Assembly (NCBI GenBank): GCA_963693365.1
Contig: CAVNZM010000002.1
Location: 7,966,454 to 8,030,453 of the forward strand
Length of the DNA: 64,000 bases
Source of the DNA: Amoebidium appalachense
Lineage: Eukaryota; Protista; Ichthyosporea
Reading direction: 5' to 3'
A model generated the notes under the pieces. The model saw only the letters and a program-made list of their open reading frames with translations. It searched no databases and was not told the DNA's origin. Of the stretch, positions 47,017 through 59,035 are shown piece after piece (position 1 is the stretch's first letter; the number at the start of each line of letters is the position of its first letter). Made by a program: the position numbers and the translations under genes.

Positions 47017-48305
47017 GACATGGATGGGGGTGTTCCCCGGCCCTTAGGGCCACGGATGGCCTGGTTTAGGGGTGGATGCGCGAAGGATACTATTTATTAG
47101 CAGATAATAAAGAGCGACATTTGAATCGATGTGTGCGACTGAATCGATGTGTGCGACTGATATGGCCCCAGTCACACTGAGAGTGGTACGTGTAACTTAG
47201 TAGAACGTGTATTCGTGTATGCGCAAACCGCGCTGATCTCTAACAGGTGAGTACATACTACCCAGAGGACAAAGAGGACGGTAAGCGACAGCTGCTACGG
47301 CCATTCTTTTGCGGCCAGCGCGAGCGGCAGTGCACAGCGCCACAACATTTTGAAAAACGGCTTTTTGTAGGCGAGGCAATAGAAAACGGTCCGTTGTTTA
47401 TTTACAAAAGCGCGCGGAAAGTGTTGGCGCCAAAAAACAAAGAGGCAGTGTGTGGTGCGAAAAAAGCACGAAAAAAAAAGCTAAGTGTGGGGGATGAAGA
47501 GTGGTATGCAGAAAAAAGAAATACGTATATGTGATTGGCACGTGGTCACAGCATGCTTTCTCAGAAGGGTGCAAACTAGATCGAACATGATGGATTGGAT
47601 GAAAGTGGCTCCCCAATGAAAACCCTCCAATATAGAGTGTACTAGTCTACTACTGATAGTCTTACATCAGAATCAGATACCCTTAGGTACTTGTGCCATG
47701 GACTTGGCTGCTTGGAGGCCAGGGACTACGATAGATGACTTTGTGGCCAATCAGAACATGGCTCCAATATTATGTATACATTCCATTAATCCCCTTAAAC
47801 TCATTATGCATTTCGCTTATCCATAGATCTTTTTTTTTTCTTCGAGGACCTGAGGTTGACCTATAAATAAGGCCTGCAGACGCTAAATAAGAGAATACAC
47901 AGCCAAAACAGCTACCATTTTCCAAAATCCAAAAATTGAATTTGAAAAAAAAAACGTTAAGACATTCTTGCACTGCAATTGAGCCTCGGGAAAAAAATTA
48001 TTTTCCTAGCACCGTCCTTTTTTATTTATTTTCAAGTTCCTCTTTTTTTCAAAAAAATTTCCGACGCCACCAGGCCTAGGCACCACTCCAGCGCCACTGG
48101 CCCAGCCCTAGCAGATAACACTGTGTTAGTTATAGTGACGATTTGAACGCTCTTTGCCGGGGCCCAGTTCAGCGCAGAATTTTTTCTCCCCAATATCTTT
48201 TCAGCCTGAATGATGGTCAAAACTCTGTTTGGGGGCAGTCGTTCTTGGCCCACTTTTTCTGAATAGAGCCAAAAACCCCAATTCTATAAGGTTGGCACCA
48301 AGTAT

Positions 48306-48424
48306 CCAATCACATTCTTGTAATTGTTGAATTGTGAATTACCGCGCGACCAATCCGATGAAACCTCCAAGTTTCCTTTCATCCAATCACAGCGACGCGC
48401 CACACCATCCAGAAAGTATATAAA
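48306..48424 (+). promoter_or_regulatory. Putative Pol II promoter: three CCAAT boxes then a TATA box
   Basis: CCAATC at ~48307, ~48350 and ~48383, and TATATAAA at 48417-48424, ~230 nt before the ATG at 48655. Confidence 0.5.
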
Positions 48425-48654
48425 CGGTACCTCGCCTCAGAACTCTCAGTCCACAGCCAACCAGTCTTGCAGTGCATACAAACAAACCAGCCCGAAATCT
48501 CTTCAATACGTTCAAAGCGTTTAGAAAGTTCGCCTCACTGCAAACTAGTTGGTCAAGTCAGGCGTTTTTTAGGTCGTATAGCAGCTAGCAGATCGCACAC
48601 CACATCCACCCACCCATACACATCGTGCCTACCACTCTATTTACACACGCCACC

Positions 48655-49965
48655 ATGCAGCCCATGCTTGTAGGCGCACTTTTGGCCCTTTCTGCCCACC
48701 AGACCGAGGCCATGTGGGGGCCCAACACTTGGTGGGGCTGGCGCCCGTCCGGCGTCGCCCAGACCACGGCCGGCACAGCCCCCGCGGCCAAGGAATGGGG
48801 TTGGGGCTGGAACTGGGGCAGCTGGGGCTGGGGTGGCAAGGCGGCAGGCAGCGGGCTGTGGGGGTCGTGCCCGCAGGGCCAGTGGCAGTGGCGCACGGGC
48901 TGCAGGGCCATCCCCACGTGTGCGCCCGGGCAGGCGTGGAAGGGCTGGGCGTCCGGCTGCTGCAAGAACGACTGCCCGGCCGGCCAGACGTGGGACCCGC
49001 GCACTGGCAGCTGCTGCGCTGTGCCCTCGTGCCCGGCCGGCCAGGCCTGGAAGGGCTGGGCCCGTGGCTGCTGTGCCGACAGCACCGTGGGCCGCCCGGC
49101 CACAGAGCCAGCCCCGGGCAATGTCGTGGTCGTAGCTCGCCCTGCACCGGCACCTGTCTCCACAGTCCCTGCACCCGCACCCGAGTCCGAGCTACAGGGG
49201 GATGACGTGGAGGTTGTGGACGAGGACGTCGAGACGGTCGTCGTCAAGGCCCCCGCAACTACGGCCGTGCCTCCCTCAGTCACTAAACCCGCCCCCGCCC
49301 CTGTCCCCGCCACTGCCCCTGTGTCTGTGAGCACTGCACTCCCCTACAAGAATGACGGCGCGGACACCCAGGATGCACCCATTGATGATGGTTTTGGTGG
49401 CGACTTGGGGAGAGACATTGTGGACGATGCCCCGGTGCCCCCTGCTGCTGCCCCTGTTGCAGCCGCCCCCGCCCCCGCCCCCATCCCTGCCCCTGCCCCT
49501 TCCCCCGCCCCCATCCCTGCCCCTGCCCCCCTCCCTCCCCCGACAGTGGTTGCAGCACAGCCGCCCGCTGTTGCCCAGCCCACGGCCTCTGTTCCTGGGC
49601 CTGCAGCCAACAAGGAGGATGTGCTGCTTGCTGAGGGCGAGGATGCGCCTGTCGATGGCGAGGCTGTGGACGTGTCGGCCCCTGCACCCCCCATGGTTGC
49701 CCCTGCTGCACCTGCTGCCCCCTCTGCACAGCCCCCCGTAGCTGCTGGTCCCGCCCCTGCCCCCGCACCCGTAGCTGCCCCTGCCCCCGCACCGGCACCC
49801 GTTGCCCCCGCACCCATTGCTGCTGCCCCTGCACCGGCCACACCACCGGCAGCCGTGCCTGCTGCCGAGGATTCCCTCGGTCTTGAGGATGGAGCTGACC
49901 TAGGGGGGGATCTGCCGATGGATGGCGAGGAGGCACCGTATAGCGGCGATGACGCTGATCAGTAA
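48655..49965 (+). CDS. Secreted protein: signal peptide, Trp/Gly-rich region, 4x C-x-x-G-Q-x-W Cys-rich repeats, Pro/Ala/acidic tail (possible cell-wall or surface protein)
   Basis: Intronless GC3-rich ORF starting MQPMLVGALLALSAHQTEA; paralog at 54833-55837. Confidence 0.85.
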   Translation: MQPMLVGALLALSAHQTEAMWGPNTWWGWRPSGVAQTTAGTAPAAKEWGWGWNWGSWGWGGKAAGSGLWGSCPQGQWQWRTGCRAIPTCAPGQAWKGWASGCCKNDCPAGQTWDPRTGSCCAVPSCPAGQAWKGWARGCCADSTVGRPATEPAPGNVVVVARPAPAPVSTVPAPAPESELQGDDVEVVDEDVETVVVKAPATTAVPPSVTKPAPAPVPATAPVSVSTALPYKNDGADTQDAPIDDGFGGDLGRDIVDDAPVPPAAAPVAAAPAPAPIPAPAPSPAPIPAPAPLPPPTVVAAQPPAVAQPTASVPGPAANKEDVLLAEGEDAPVDGEAVDVSAPAPPMVAPAAPAAPSAQPPVAAGPAPAPAPVAAPAPAPAPVAPAPIAAAPAPATPPAAVPAAEDSLGLEDGADLGGDLPMDGEEAPYSGDDADQ

Positions 49966-51124
49966 TTGTGTTGGGGAGAAAGGGAGGATGTACATACGTG
50001 ATGTAAGACTATTGTTGCTACTGTAGCATCCGAATGACTTTACTACTACTGCGAAACATATGAAACTGAGCCCGAGAGTAGCAGATTGCTTGTAGCACTG
50101 CACTGCGCCACTTGTAGTGGACACTCTTGTATTAAACTTTTGAAAGGGTATAATGAAATCATTATTCCATATTCGCGCAAAACTCTGCATCCTTACCTCC
50201 CTCCCCCCCCCCCCCCCCCCCCCCCCCCCCGCCCGACCCCTCCACCCACCCACCAAAAAAAAAAAAAAAAAAAAAAACCGGAGCCCATCACACCGACCCA
50301 ACCTACGGTGGCTACCGAGATACAGTTTGCCGCGGTCTTGCCTGGGCCGAGAACGCAACACTCTTAACCCATGCATCCATGATATCTATCCAATGGCATC
50401 TCTTATTCAAAGCTCTGGATCTAGATCCAATCACAAATCGTGGCCCACCACACACACGCACAAAAGACTGCCTTTCCCCCCCCTCCCCCCCCCCCCCCCC
50501 CCCCCCCCCCCGCGCAAACACACACACACACACACACATTGGGGGGTCCATCCCGGAGATAATTCACTTCGCAACTCGTTCCCCTCATGTACACACACAC
50601 GTGACACACACGTGACACACACACACACACACACACACATGTACACACACGCGTGACACACACACACACGCACTTTTGGAAAGGGGTCTGGAGATTTGGG
50701 ACGCACCAATGACGGATCGATCTGATTGGTTTACAAAACCTATATCTATGTTGGTGTTTTTCATACACCCACACACACACCATGTATGATGGTGAACTCA
50801 TATACCCACAAACACAGGCACGCGCGCGCACACACACCCACCCAGCCACACACACACACACACACACACACACATGCACATGCACATATGCACACACACA
50901 CGCACGCGCCTACACGCGTGTACACACACACACGCGCGCGCGCGCGCGTACACACACACACACACGTATACCGTACCACACGTATACACACACACGCACG
51001 CACACACACATGCACACACACACACTCACACACATGCACATGCGCACACACACACACACACACACGTACACACGCGGCACACACACACACACACGCGCGC
51101 GTACACACACACGCGCACACGTAT

Positions 51125-51159
<35 letters not shown>

Positions 51160-51193
51160 CACCCCGTGGCACGCACGCACACACGCACACACA

Positions 51194-51233
<40 letters not shown>

Positions 51234-51342
51234 CACGCACGCAGTTAGAAAGGCACACACTAACACACATACATACATGTACACCCCGTCATCACACACA
51301 CGCGCGCGCGTGCGTGCGCCCACACCTTCATACACACACACG

Positions 51343-51413
<71 letters not shown>

Positions 51414-52338
51414 GCACACACACGCACACAAACACACACACACACACAAAACACACACTTGTTCACACGCACCTACAACCAGATGAGTACAGGACACATA
51501 TGGCACCCGTAAGGGAGGGGGGCGGGCGGTATCTGATTGGGTAAAAGGGGGGTCAGCGCGTGTTTACGATTGGGAGGGAGCGCACTGGTGCGTTTTAAGG
51601 ATAGACCATTCGCCTAATATCATGCTTTTTTATTGCCGTGGGCGAGAAAAAAAAACAGCAGTACAGGACACATATACCACACAAACGCATACACGTGAGC
51701 CCCATGCACCATCAGGCAGTACAGGACACATATACCACACAAACGCGTACACGTGAGCCCCATGCACCATCAGATATCCTCACATCTTTACTCATGGAAG
51801 TGCACACATGTATGTGTAGACATCCAAAGCGTCTTGCCTACTCCAACTACTAAACAGATACTATCAGGAGAACTGCAGGCAATACCGGCTTGCGCACGCA
51901 CATAAGCACGCACCCACTCACACATGTTGTGACACACACTGGCAAAAACGTGCGTTCACACAAGCAAACACGATCACTCACGCTGTCGGACGTGCTCGCC
52001 AAGTAATTGGAAATTTTCAGGGCGCAAACACGTCTACACAATTTGAACGTGAATTTATCAGTTTTCTTTCTCACTCCCCAAATCACGCTCCCCTCCTCCT
52101 CCCCCTTTTCCTCCTCCCTCTCTTTCTTTCTTCCTCCCCCCCCCCCCCTCCCTCCTCCCCCCTCTCCCTGGCCGTGACTCACACACATACACATATGTCG
52201 CAGAAGACATGCCGACATGCAGTGGCCAACCCTCCCCCCCCCCCCCCCCCCCCCAACCACCACCACCTCCCCCCTCCCTCCTCCCCCTCCCCCCCCCCAC
52301 GCGCACACACACGCACACATGCACCCACACATGTCATT

Positions 52339-52394
<56 letters not shown>

Positions 52395-52399
52395 ACACA

Positions 52400-52434
<35 letters not shown>

Positions 52435-52855
52435 CACATCATGATATCATACAAACACACGCGCGCGCAAACATGCTCCCATATAGTCACACACACACAC
52501 ACACACTCACACTCACACACACTCACACACACACACACTCTCACTGAGATAGTGAGGGCGATTCTGTGATCTTGCCTCCATCAATATTTGCAGCGCTGTC
52601 AGTGATCGGAATTAATAGGAAGTTGTTGGGTGGGGAAAAAAGAGAAAAACGAACTGGGGGGAAGTGGGGTGACGGGGGCGGGGGTGGGGGAAGGAGGGGG
52701 GAGAGGGGGGGGGAGGGAGGGGTGGGGGGGGAAGGGAGGGAGGGAGGGAGGGAGGGAGGGGGTGGGGGGGGGGAGACCCTCCACCCCACCGCAGAGTTGG
52801 GAACTCACCAAACCTGACAGCAGGTGGGTTCCCCGTTGCACGAAAGGGGGAAGAA

Positions 52856-52899
<44 letters not shown>

Positions 52900-53820
52900 G
52901 GTACCACCATGTTTCGATGTTGCCATCTGGAGGAGTTGCTGTAAGTACCATTTTTGGGGCCGCCCCGCCTCCCCCCCCCCCCCCCCCTCCCTCCCCTCCC
53001 CTCCCCTCTCCCCCCTCCCTTTACCCACTCGGCCAGCTAACCGTAGGGATGGCCACAGGTCAAAGGCAGTGAGGTACTGGAAGGATGTCTTGTATCATCT
53101 GAGATAAACGTCACAAAGTTTATTATATTCTATTTAGGGAGGTTCGGTGGTTCGTGTTTATATTGATTCTGTCTTGGGAGGTTCGGTGGTTCTTCCTTCT
53201 AGTAGTCTAAGACGTGGATGTAAGTGTAAAGGCTAGGGCATAATACGAGAAATTTCTTGCATTTTCAGTTTGGAGTCCAGTTTTTATCATGGCTTCTGCG
53301 GCCAATGAAAGCACAAGCACAAAGCACAGTCCCCCTAAATCTTTCGCTCCCAGGATATGTGCGGGGAGGGGCGGGCCGGGGTGGGGTGGGAAGGGGGGGG
53401 AGTCCTGGGGGGAGGGGGGGGGGTCTTTAGTTTTATTCTTGAATCAAGGCCGTAGGGGGGGCCAAGTGATGAATACAGACATAGAGCTGGTTCTTTGCAA
53501 CGTACCTTTGCTTAGGGTTTTTTAGCTTTGTTTGGAGTGAAGAAACGTCTTGGCGCAAATACTTAGAGCAAAATATCCTGTCTGTTACCCCCCTCCTCCC
53601 CCCCCCCACCTTCCCTGGGACACTCACCCATCTTCGAAGGGCCCCCCCTCCTCCCCCCACCCCCTCCTCCTCTCCGGTGTCCATACAACCCAATACCTAA
53701 ATCCCCTGTAGGTGGAAATTGAGGGAGAATCCTGTCAGTGAGCACTTCCTATCGGAGCACACTATGGTATCGCGTTAGAGCAAGTGGAACAATGTCATGC
53801 TGAATAGAATACTGATGATC

Positions 53821-53881
<61 letters not shown>

Positions 53882-53913
53882 TGCGTGTTTATTGTAAGTG
53901 GCAAAAGTGTTCA

Positions 53914-53954
<41 letters not shown>

Positions 53955-53966
53955 CGCAAGTGTTCA

Positions 53967-54007
<41 letters not shown>

Positions 54008-54303
54008 CGTGTTTTGTGCGCGTGTGTGTGCATGTGTGGATGCATGTCCACGTGCACGTGTTCTTTGTTCGAAGTTGCATTATGCACGTGTTCTTAGCGC
54101 CCAGCAGAAGCATCAGGGAAAGACGGGGGGAGGGGAGGGGGCAGAACAGACAGAGAGAGAGAGCCAGGGAAGGGCGGGGGGCGGGAGGGGGGAGGGGGGG
54201 GGGGGGGGGGGGGGGGCAGTTGAATACTGGTAGCGAGCACTAATATTAGTGTGTGTGGGGGGTGCATGACCAGATCACGTGTATGTGCATGTGTGTGTCT
54301 GTT

Positions 54304-54358
<55 letters not shown>

Positions 54359-54832
54359 TATACTATGTAGCAGTATTATTGTATTATCATCGTACGAAAC
54401 AGGGCAAGTGTGCACTCCTGCCATGCAAACCCTTAGGTGGATGTGTATGTGTGTAGCATGGGTGTTTCTTATGCATTGTAGTAAGAGTTCATCGAGCTGA
54501 TTGTTGCGGTGCTTTGTGGGGAACAGCGGCAGGGGAGGGTAGGGGGGCAACTGCGCAGCCGTGATAGGTGACCCATCGACCGTGGAGCATACACCTCCGG
54601 ATGTGATGTTTGAAAAATTCAGGTTTGATTCAAAAGTCAGATATTTTTGATAGGCCGGTGCCTAGGCTTGGCCAGCAAGCCGCCATGCTAAATATCAAAC
54701 AGCTCAAAAACACAACTGCGGTATTTTTAAATCATCAACAAAACGATAGATGATGTAGAAAAAGATGCCTTCATATTTATTAATAAAAACGAGCCCCAAT
54801 TCAGAGAGAGACGTACCAAAAAAAAGAATGGT

Positions 54833-55837
54833 TTACTGCGAACCCTCACCCGGGTAATCCTCACCCTGACCATCGACAGCCAACTCACCCTGCCCGTCCA
54901 TAGACAAATCCCCCTCCACGGGAGTATCCTCAATCGTAGGCTGCGCCTGGGGAGCATTAGCAACAGGTGCTGGCTGTTGCGGTTGAGCCACAACCTGGGG
55001 CTGGTTGCCTGGGCCCCAAGAAATAGGGTCATTGCCAACAATGGGCATGGATGGCTGCTGTTGTTGGTTGGGGATCATAGGGGTAACATCGGTGTTGGGG
55101 ACCAAAGGGGTAATATCACTCCCCTGGATGTTGTTGCTATCGTCGACGATGATCCCCTGGTCCTGTTTAAGCTCAGCGTCGTTTGCAGGCGCATCCTCAG
55201 CAAGACCCTCTGCATCATCAACAAACTCTCCAACCTCTTCGCTATTTTGAGCAGGCGCCGAGTAGGGCTGGATGGGTGCGGGGGCAGGGGCAGGAGGGGG
55301 TGCGACGGCTGAGGGGGTGTCGTCGTTGCTCAGGTCGATGTCCTCGCCACTGATATCTTCGCCGTCCTGGGCAGGTGCAGCTGGTGCAGGTGCAGGGACA
55401 GGCCGGTTGAGTAGAACGACATTGCCTCCGCTTGTGTTGTTGTCGGCACAGCAGCCACGGGCCCAGCCCTTCCAGGCCTGGCCGGCCGGGCACGAGGGCA
55501 CGGCGCAGCAGCTGCCGGTGCGCGGGTCCCACGTCTGGCCGGCCGGGCAGTCGTTCTTGCAGCAGCCGGACACCCAGCCCTTCCATGCCTGCCCGGGCGC
55601 ACACTCGGGGATGGCCCGGCAGCCCGTGCGCCACTGCCACTGGCCCTGCGGGCACGACCCCCACAGCCCGCTGCCGGCCGCCTTGCCACCCCATCCCCAG
55701 CTGGAGGGCGTCCAACCTCCTCTGGCAACGCCGCTGGTTGCCATGCGGTTGGCCCCAAACCAGCCGGTGCCAAAAGCATCGGCCTGGCTGGTGGTGATGG
55801 CCAAAGCGGCAAGGGTGCAGGCAACAACGTGATGCAT
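54833..55837 (-). CDS. Secreted paralog of the 48655-49965 protein
   Basis: MHHVVACTLAALAITTSQADA signal peptide, the same Cys/Trp domain, a Pro/Gln/acidic tail and a similar C-terminus (GDL.MDG.....Y.G). Confidence 0.85.
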   Translation of the reverse strand: MHHVVACTLAALAITTSQADAFGTGWFGANRMATSGVARGGWTPSSWGWGGKAAGSGLWGSCPQGQWQWRTGCRAIPECAPGQAWKGWVSGCCKNDCPAGQTWDPRTGSCCAVPSCPAGQAWKGWARGCCADNNTSGGNVVLLNRPVPAPAPAAPAQDGEDISGEDIDLSNDDTPSAVAPPPAPAPAPIQPYSAPAQNSEEVGEFVDDAEGLAEDAPANDAELKQDQGIIVDDSNNIQGSDITPLVPNTDVTPMIPNQQQQPSMPIVGNDPISWGPGNQPQVVAQPQQPAPVANAPQAQPTIEDTPVEGDLSMDGQGELAVDGQGEDYPGEGSQ

Positions 55838-56058
55838 ATTGACTGTGCGTGTGTGTCGGGTATAGTTGGTGGTGAAGTGGTTTATTGTGTGAAGCTGCTT
55901 GCTTTCTAAAAGGGGACGATTAGCAGGAAAGAGCGTGTGTGCAAGTTGTGTTCCTTGTTTATGATAGTTGTTCGATAAAAACTGGAACACGCAACTACAA
56001 TAGCTGGCTTGCTTTGACTGTCTCAGTGTGTGTGGTGGGTGAGTCGGCTGTTTGAGCC

Positions 56059-56152
56059 TTTTTATACCCGCGGCAACAATTGTGCAAGTTATGCCAGGTG
56101 GTTGTGCCAATCAGATCGTAGCTTCCAATTTTTCTTGCTTCATTCTGATTGG
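56059..56152 (-). promoter_or_regulatory. Putative promoter: CCAAT boxes and TATAAAAA
   Basis: TATAAAAA on the - strand at 56059-56066, ~225 nt before the ATG at 55837, with CCAAT/ATTGG at ~56107, ~56126 and ~56148. The layout mirrors the paralog's promoter. Confidence 0.5.
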
Positions 56153-56251
56153 TTGTCACACCACGGGGTTTCCCGATTGTTCTTCGAATGACATTTGCTA
56201 TCACTATCAGACAGTTCTCCAATATCAGAACAGAAAACGGTCTCTACCCAG

Positions 56252-56343
56252 ATGGCCAGATGGCCAGGTCAAATTCAGTGTGTGGAAAAAGGTGGATAAA
56301 ACGGGATAAAACGGTGAGCAAAATGATCTGGCCATCTGGCCAT
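56252..56343. repeat. 20-bp inverted repeat with 52-bp spacer (MITE-like or hairpin)
   Basis: ATGGCCAGATGGCCAGGTCA (56252-56271) versus TGATCTGGCCATCTGGCCAT (56324-56343), 1 mismatch. Confidence 0.8.
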
Positions 56344-56376
56344 GTGGCCATGGAATCTCTATATCTAAAAATAGCT

Positions 56377-56870
56377 GCCACTGCGCCGGGGCGTGGTTCC
56401 GGGAGGCAGGGGAGGCAGGGGAGGCACGTGAGCACTCACTGGCACTGCGCCGGGGCGTGGTTCCGGGAGGCAGGGGAGGCAGGGGGGGCACACGTGCAGG
56501 GGAGGCAGGGGGGACACTCACTGCCACCACTGGGGGCCGTGGTTCCGGCAGGAGGGGGGGCACACGTGCAGGGGAGGCAGGGGGTCGGGGGAGGCACACG
56601 TGCACAGGAGGCTGGGGAGAGTGGGGGAACCATCCCCCATGTATGGCTGAGTTAAGACCATTTGTTCATGTAGCACGATCTTCTAGCATGCACGTGTTGG
56701 AATGCCACCACTGGGGGGCCTGGTTCCGGGAGGCAGGGGAGCAGGGGGGGCACCCAGTGTGTGGGTGTGCATGTGGCAGGGGAGCAGGGGGGCAGGGGAG
56801 CAGGGGGGCAGGGGAGCAGGGGGGCAGGGGAGCTGGGGGGCAGGGGGGCTGGGGGGCAGGGGGGCTGGCA
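56377..56870. repeat. G-rich minisatellite (CACTG..GGGGCGTGGTTCCGGGAGGCAGGGG units, then GGGGAGCA/GGGGGGCA units)
   Basis: Four visible TGGTTCCGG units and about 15 GCAGGGG subunits. Confidence 0.85.
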
Positions 56871-56927
56871 TGCCACTCACGGGGAGGATAGTGTATGTTG
56901 GCACGTGTGGGTGTGTGGGTGGTTTTT

Positions 56928-57368
56928 TTATTTGGGCTTGTGCTTATGGCAATGGGTCGTAGATTTCACCCTGTTTTTGCAGGGATTGCCAGCCTTGGTT
57001 TTGCCCTGGCAGTACCCATTTTCCCTGCCCACACCCACCGCTGCAGCTGCAACCGGTGGCTGTGGTGCACCCATGGGTGGATCCGGAGTGGACACAGTCA
57101 GCGCGGGTACCCCGGTGCGCTCGGTGCGAGGGCGCTGCATTTCTGCGACTGTAAAGGCGGCCAGGAGGTCGTCCAGCAGGAGGTTTGCATGAGCATAGTC
57201 CCCGGCCTTGTGGGGGTGGAGGATGTTGATGGTGTTGTCGCTGTAGAGGAGGACACCGGTGGCAGGGGCAAAGCATACCCAGGGCTTGAAGCCGTCCTTG
57301 TGGTGTGGGCATGTTTTTGCGAGACAAAAAGTAAAAGCGAGTACTTTTTGTTGACTGGTTGATGGCAT
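56928..57368 (-). CDS. Small hypothetical protein with C-terminal C-x-G-x-T-K-x-G-x-x-C-K-N-x6-C-x2-H zinc-finger-like motif (DUF5763-like)
   Basis: ...YCQGKTKAGNPCKNRVKSTTHCHKHKPK*; intronless, non-repetitive ORF; start uncertain. Confidence 0.55.
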   Translation of the reverse strand: MPSTSQQKVLAFTFCLAKTCPHHKDGFKPWVCFAPATGVLLYSDNTINILHPHKAGDYAHANLLLDDLLAAFTVAEMQRPRTERTGVPALTVSTPDPPMGAPQPPVAAAAVGVGRENGYCQGKTKAGNPCKNRVKSTTHCHKHKPK

Positions 57369-57576
57369 ATCAATCAATCTCTTGGTGCCAAACCACTGAC
57401 CAATCACATGGGTGTATTCACGAATTCCAATCTAAATTCGGCATCTGGAGAGAGGGGTACTGGTAAAACACAAGAGCAACACGGCATCAAGAGTTTGTAC
57501 CACAGGCAAGATCTCAGAGAGGTCACTTTTGGGGTGTAACACGTCGGATACTGAAAGTTTTGTGAGGTACACGTAC

Positions 57577-57849
57577 ATGTTCGACAGCACGGTCACCACA
57601 GGCATTCTTTATGTGATATCTATATGCAGTGTCGTTGCAAATATACACTGGTACAATTTAATGAAGTCCGAACCGAATGCTAGAGAGAAAGTGAACAAAA
57701 TGTATCTGGTGTACGTCAGCGCTGCTATTGTCCTCACATGTTTATTGGTTACACCATTGATGTATGCAGTCATATACTATTTCAATAAGAAGACGGGTGC
57801 TGCGGAGTACGACACCGCTCTGAGACAAACAAGTCACTCGGACTTTTAA
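57577..57849 (+). CDS. Small hypothetical two-TM protein (possibly partial)
   Basis: Hydrophobic stretches GILYVISICSVVANIHWY and YLVYVSAAIVLTCLLVTPLMYAVIYYF. Confidence 0.4.
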   Translation: MFDSTVTTGILYVISICSVVANIHWYNLMKSEPNAREKVNKMYLVYVSAAIVLTCLLVTPLMYAVIYYFNKKTGAAEYDTALRQTSHSDF

Positions 57850-57872
57850 TCCGATTGACGTGTCACCGCGCC

Positions 57873-58265
57873 AGCGCTGCATACAAAAAGACCCGAAGTG
57901 GAGTATACGACAAACCCAGCGCCAGCGCTTCATACCCAAAATGATACAATAAAAAGACAGTTGCTGTGTGTGCAAAGCTGTGTGTGCAAAAAGAGGGGAA
58001 ATAAGCGCTGCATACAAAAGCCCCGAAGTGGAGTATACGACAAACCCAGCGCCAGCGCTTCATACCCAAAGTGGATACAATAAAAAGACAGTTGCTGTGT
58101 GTGCAAAGCTGTGTGTGCAAAAAGAGGGGAAATAAGCGCTGCATACAAAAGCCCCGAAGTGGAGTATACGACAAACCCAGCGCCAGCGCTTCATACCCAA
58201 AGTGGATACAATAAAAAGACAGTTGCTGTGTGTGCAAAGCTGTGTGTGCAAAAAGAGGGGAAATA
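57873..58265. repeat. Tandem repeat, 131 bp x 3
   Basis: AGCGCTGCATACAAAA starts at 57873, 58004 and 58135. Confidence 0.95.
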
Positions 58266-58269
58266 AATA

Positions 58270-58372
58270 CTTTAAACGTGCATGCAATATACATCGATAG
58301 ACTTATGAAAGCACACAAACTGTGTGCCACACGGGCATGCATGCATGGGGAGGGAGTGTGGGGTGGGGGGGG

Positions 58373-58426
<54 letters not shown>

Positions 58427-58575
58427 GACTTTGAACGTGCATGCAATAGACTTATGAAAGCACACAAACTGTGTGCCACACGGGCATGCATGCATCGATA
58501 GACTTATGAAAGCACACAAACTGTGTGCCACAAGGGCATGCATGCATGGGGAGGGAGTGTGGGGTGGGGGGGGGG

Positions 58576-58607
<32 letters not shown>

Positions 58608-58860
58608 AGACTTTGAACGTGCATGCAATAGACTTATGAAAGCACACAAACTGTGTGCCACACGGGCATGCATGCATCGATAGACTTATGAAAGCACACA
58701 AACTGTGTGCCACACGGGCATGCATGCACGGGGAGGGAGTGTGGGGAGGGGGGGGGGGGGGTGGGGGGGGGGAGACTTTGAACGTGCATGCATCGATAGA
58801 CTTATGAAAGCACACAAACTGTGTGCCACACGGGCATGCATGCATGGGGAGGGAGTGTGG

Positions 58861-58899
<39 letters not shown>

Positions 58900-59035
58900 G
58901 ACTTTGAACGTGCATGCATCGATAGACTTATGAAAGCACACAAACTGTGTGCCACACGGGCATGCATGCATGGGGAGGGAGTGTGTGTGTGTGGGGGGGG
59001 GGGGGGGGGGGGGGGAGACTTTGAACGTGCATGCA
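58270..59035. repeat. Complex tandem array: 7 copies of a ~50-bp core ATAGACTTATGAAAGCACACAAACTGTGTGCCACACGGGCATGCATGCA, most followed by poly-G
   Basis: Cores at ~58297, 58447, 58498, 58628, 58680, 58796 and 58922; each contains the hairpin GCACACA-AAC-TGTGTGC. Confidence 0.92.

Larger units (their letters stand above)
42289..47165 (-). mobile_element. Apparently full-length non-LTR retrotransposon, family A (ORF1 + APE-RT ORF2)
   Basis: ORF1 and ORF2 overlap by 8 nt (gATGccTAA). The 3'UTR has (CA)n, an internal poly(A) and a ~200-nt tail. An 18-bp tandem repeat lies in the 5'UTR (47122-47160). The 5' boundary is approximate and no TSD was found. Confidence 0.92.

Noticed and set aside
47234-47534. 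95-aa Lys-rich ORF after an acceptor-like CTAACAG
   Set aside because: No ATG start, partner exons or motif; insufficient support.
58270-59035. CRISPR-like appearance (palindromic repeat plus spacers)
   Set aside because: Spacers are poly-G or absent rather than unique, there are no cas genes, and the context is eukaryotic.
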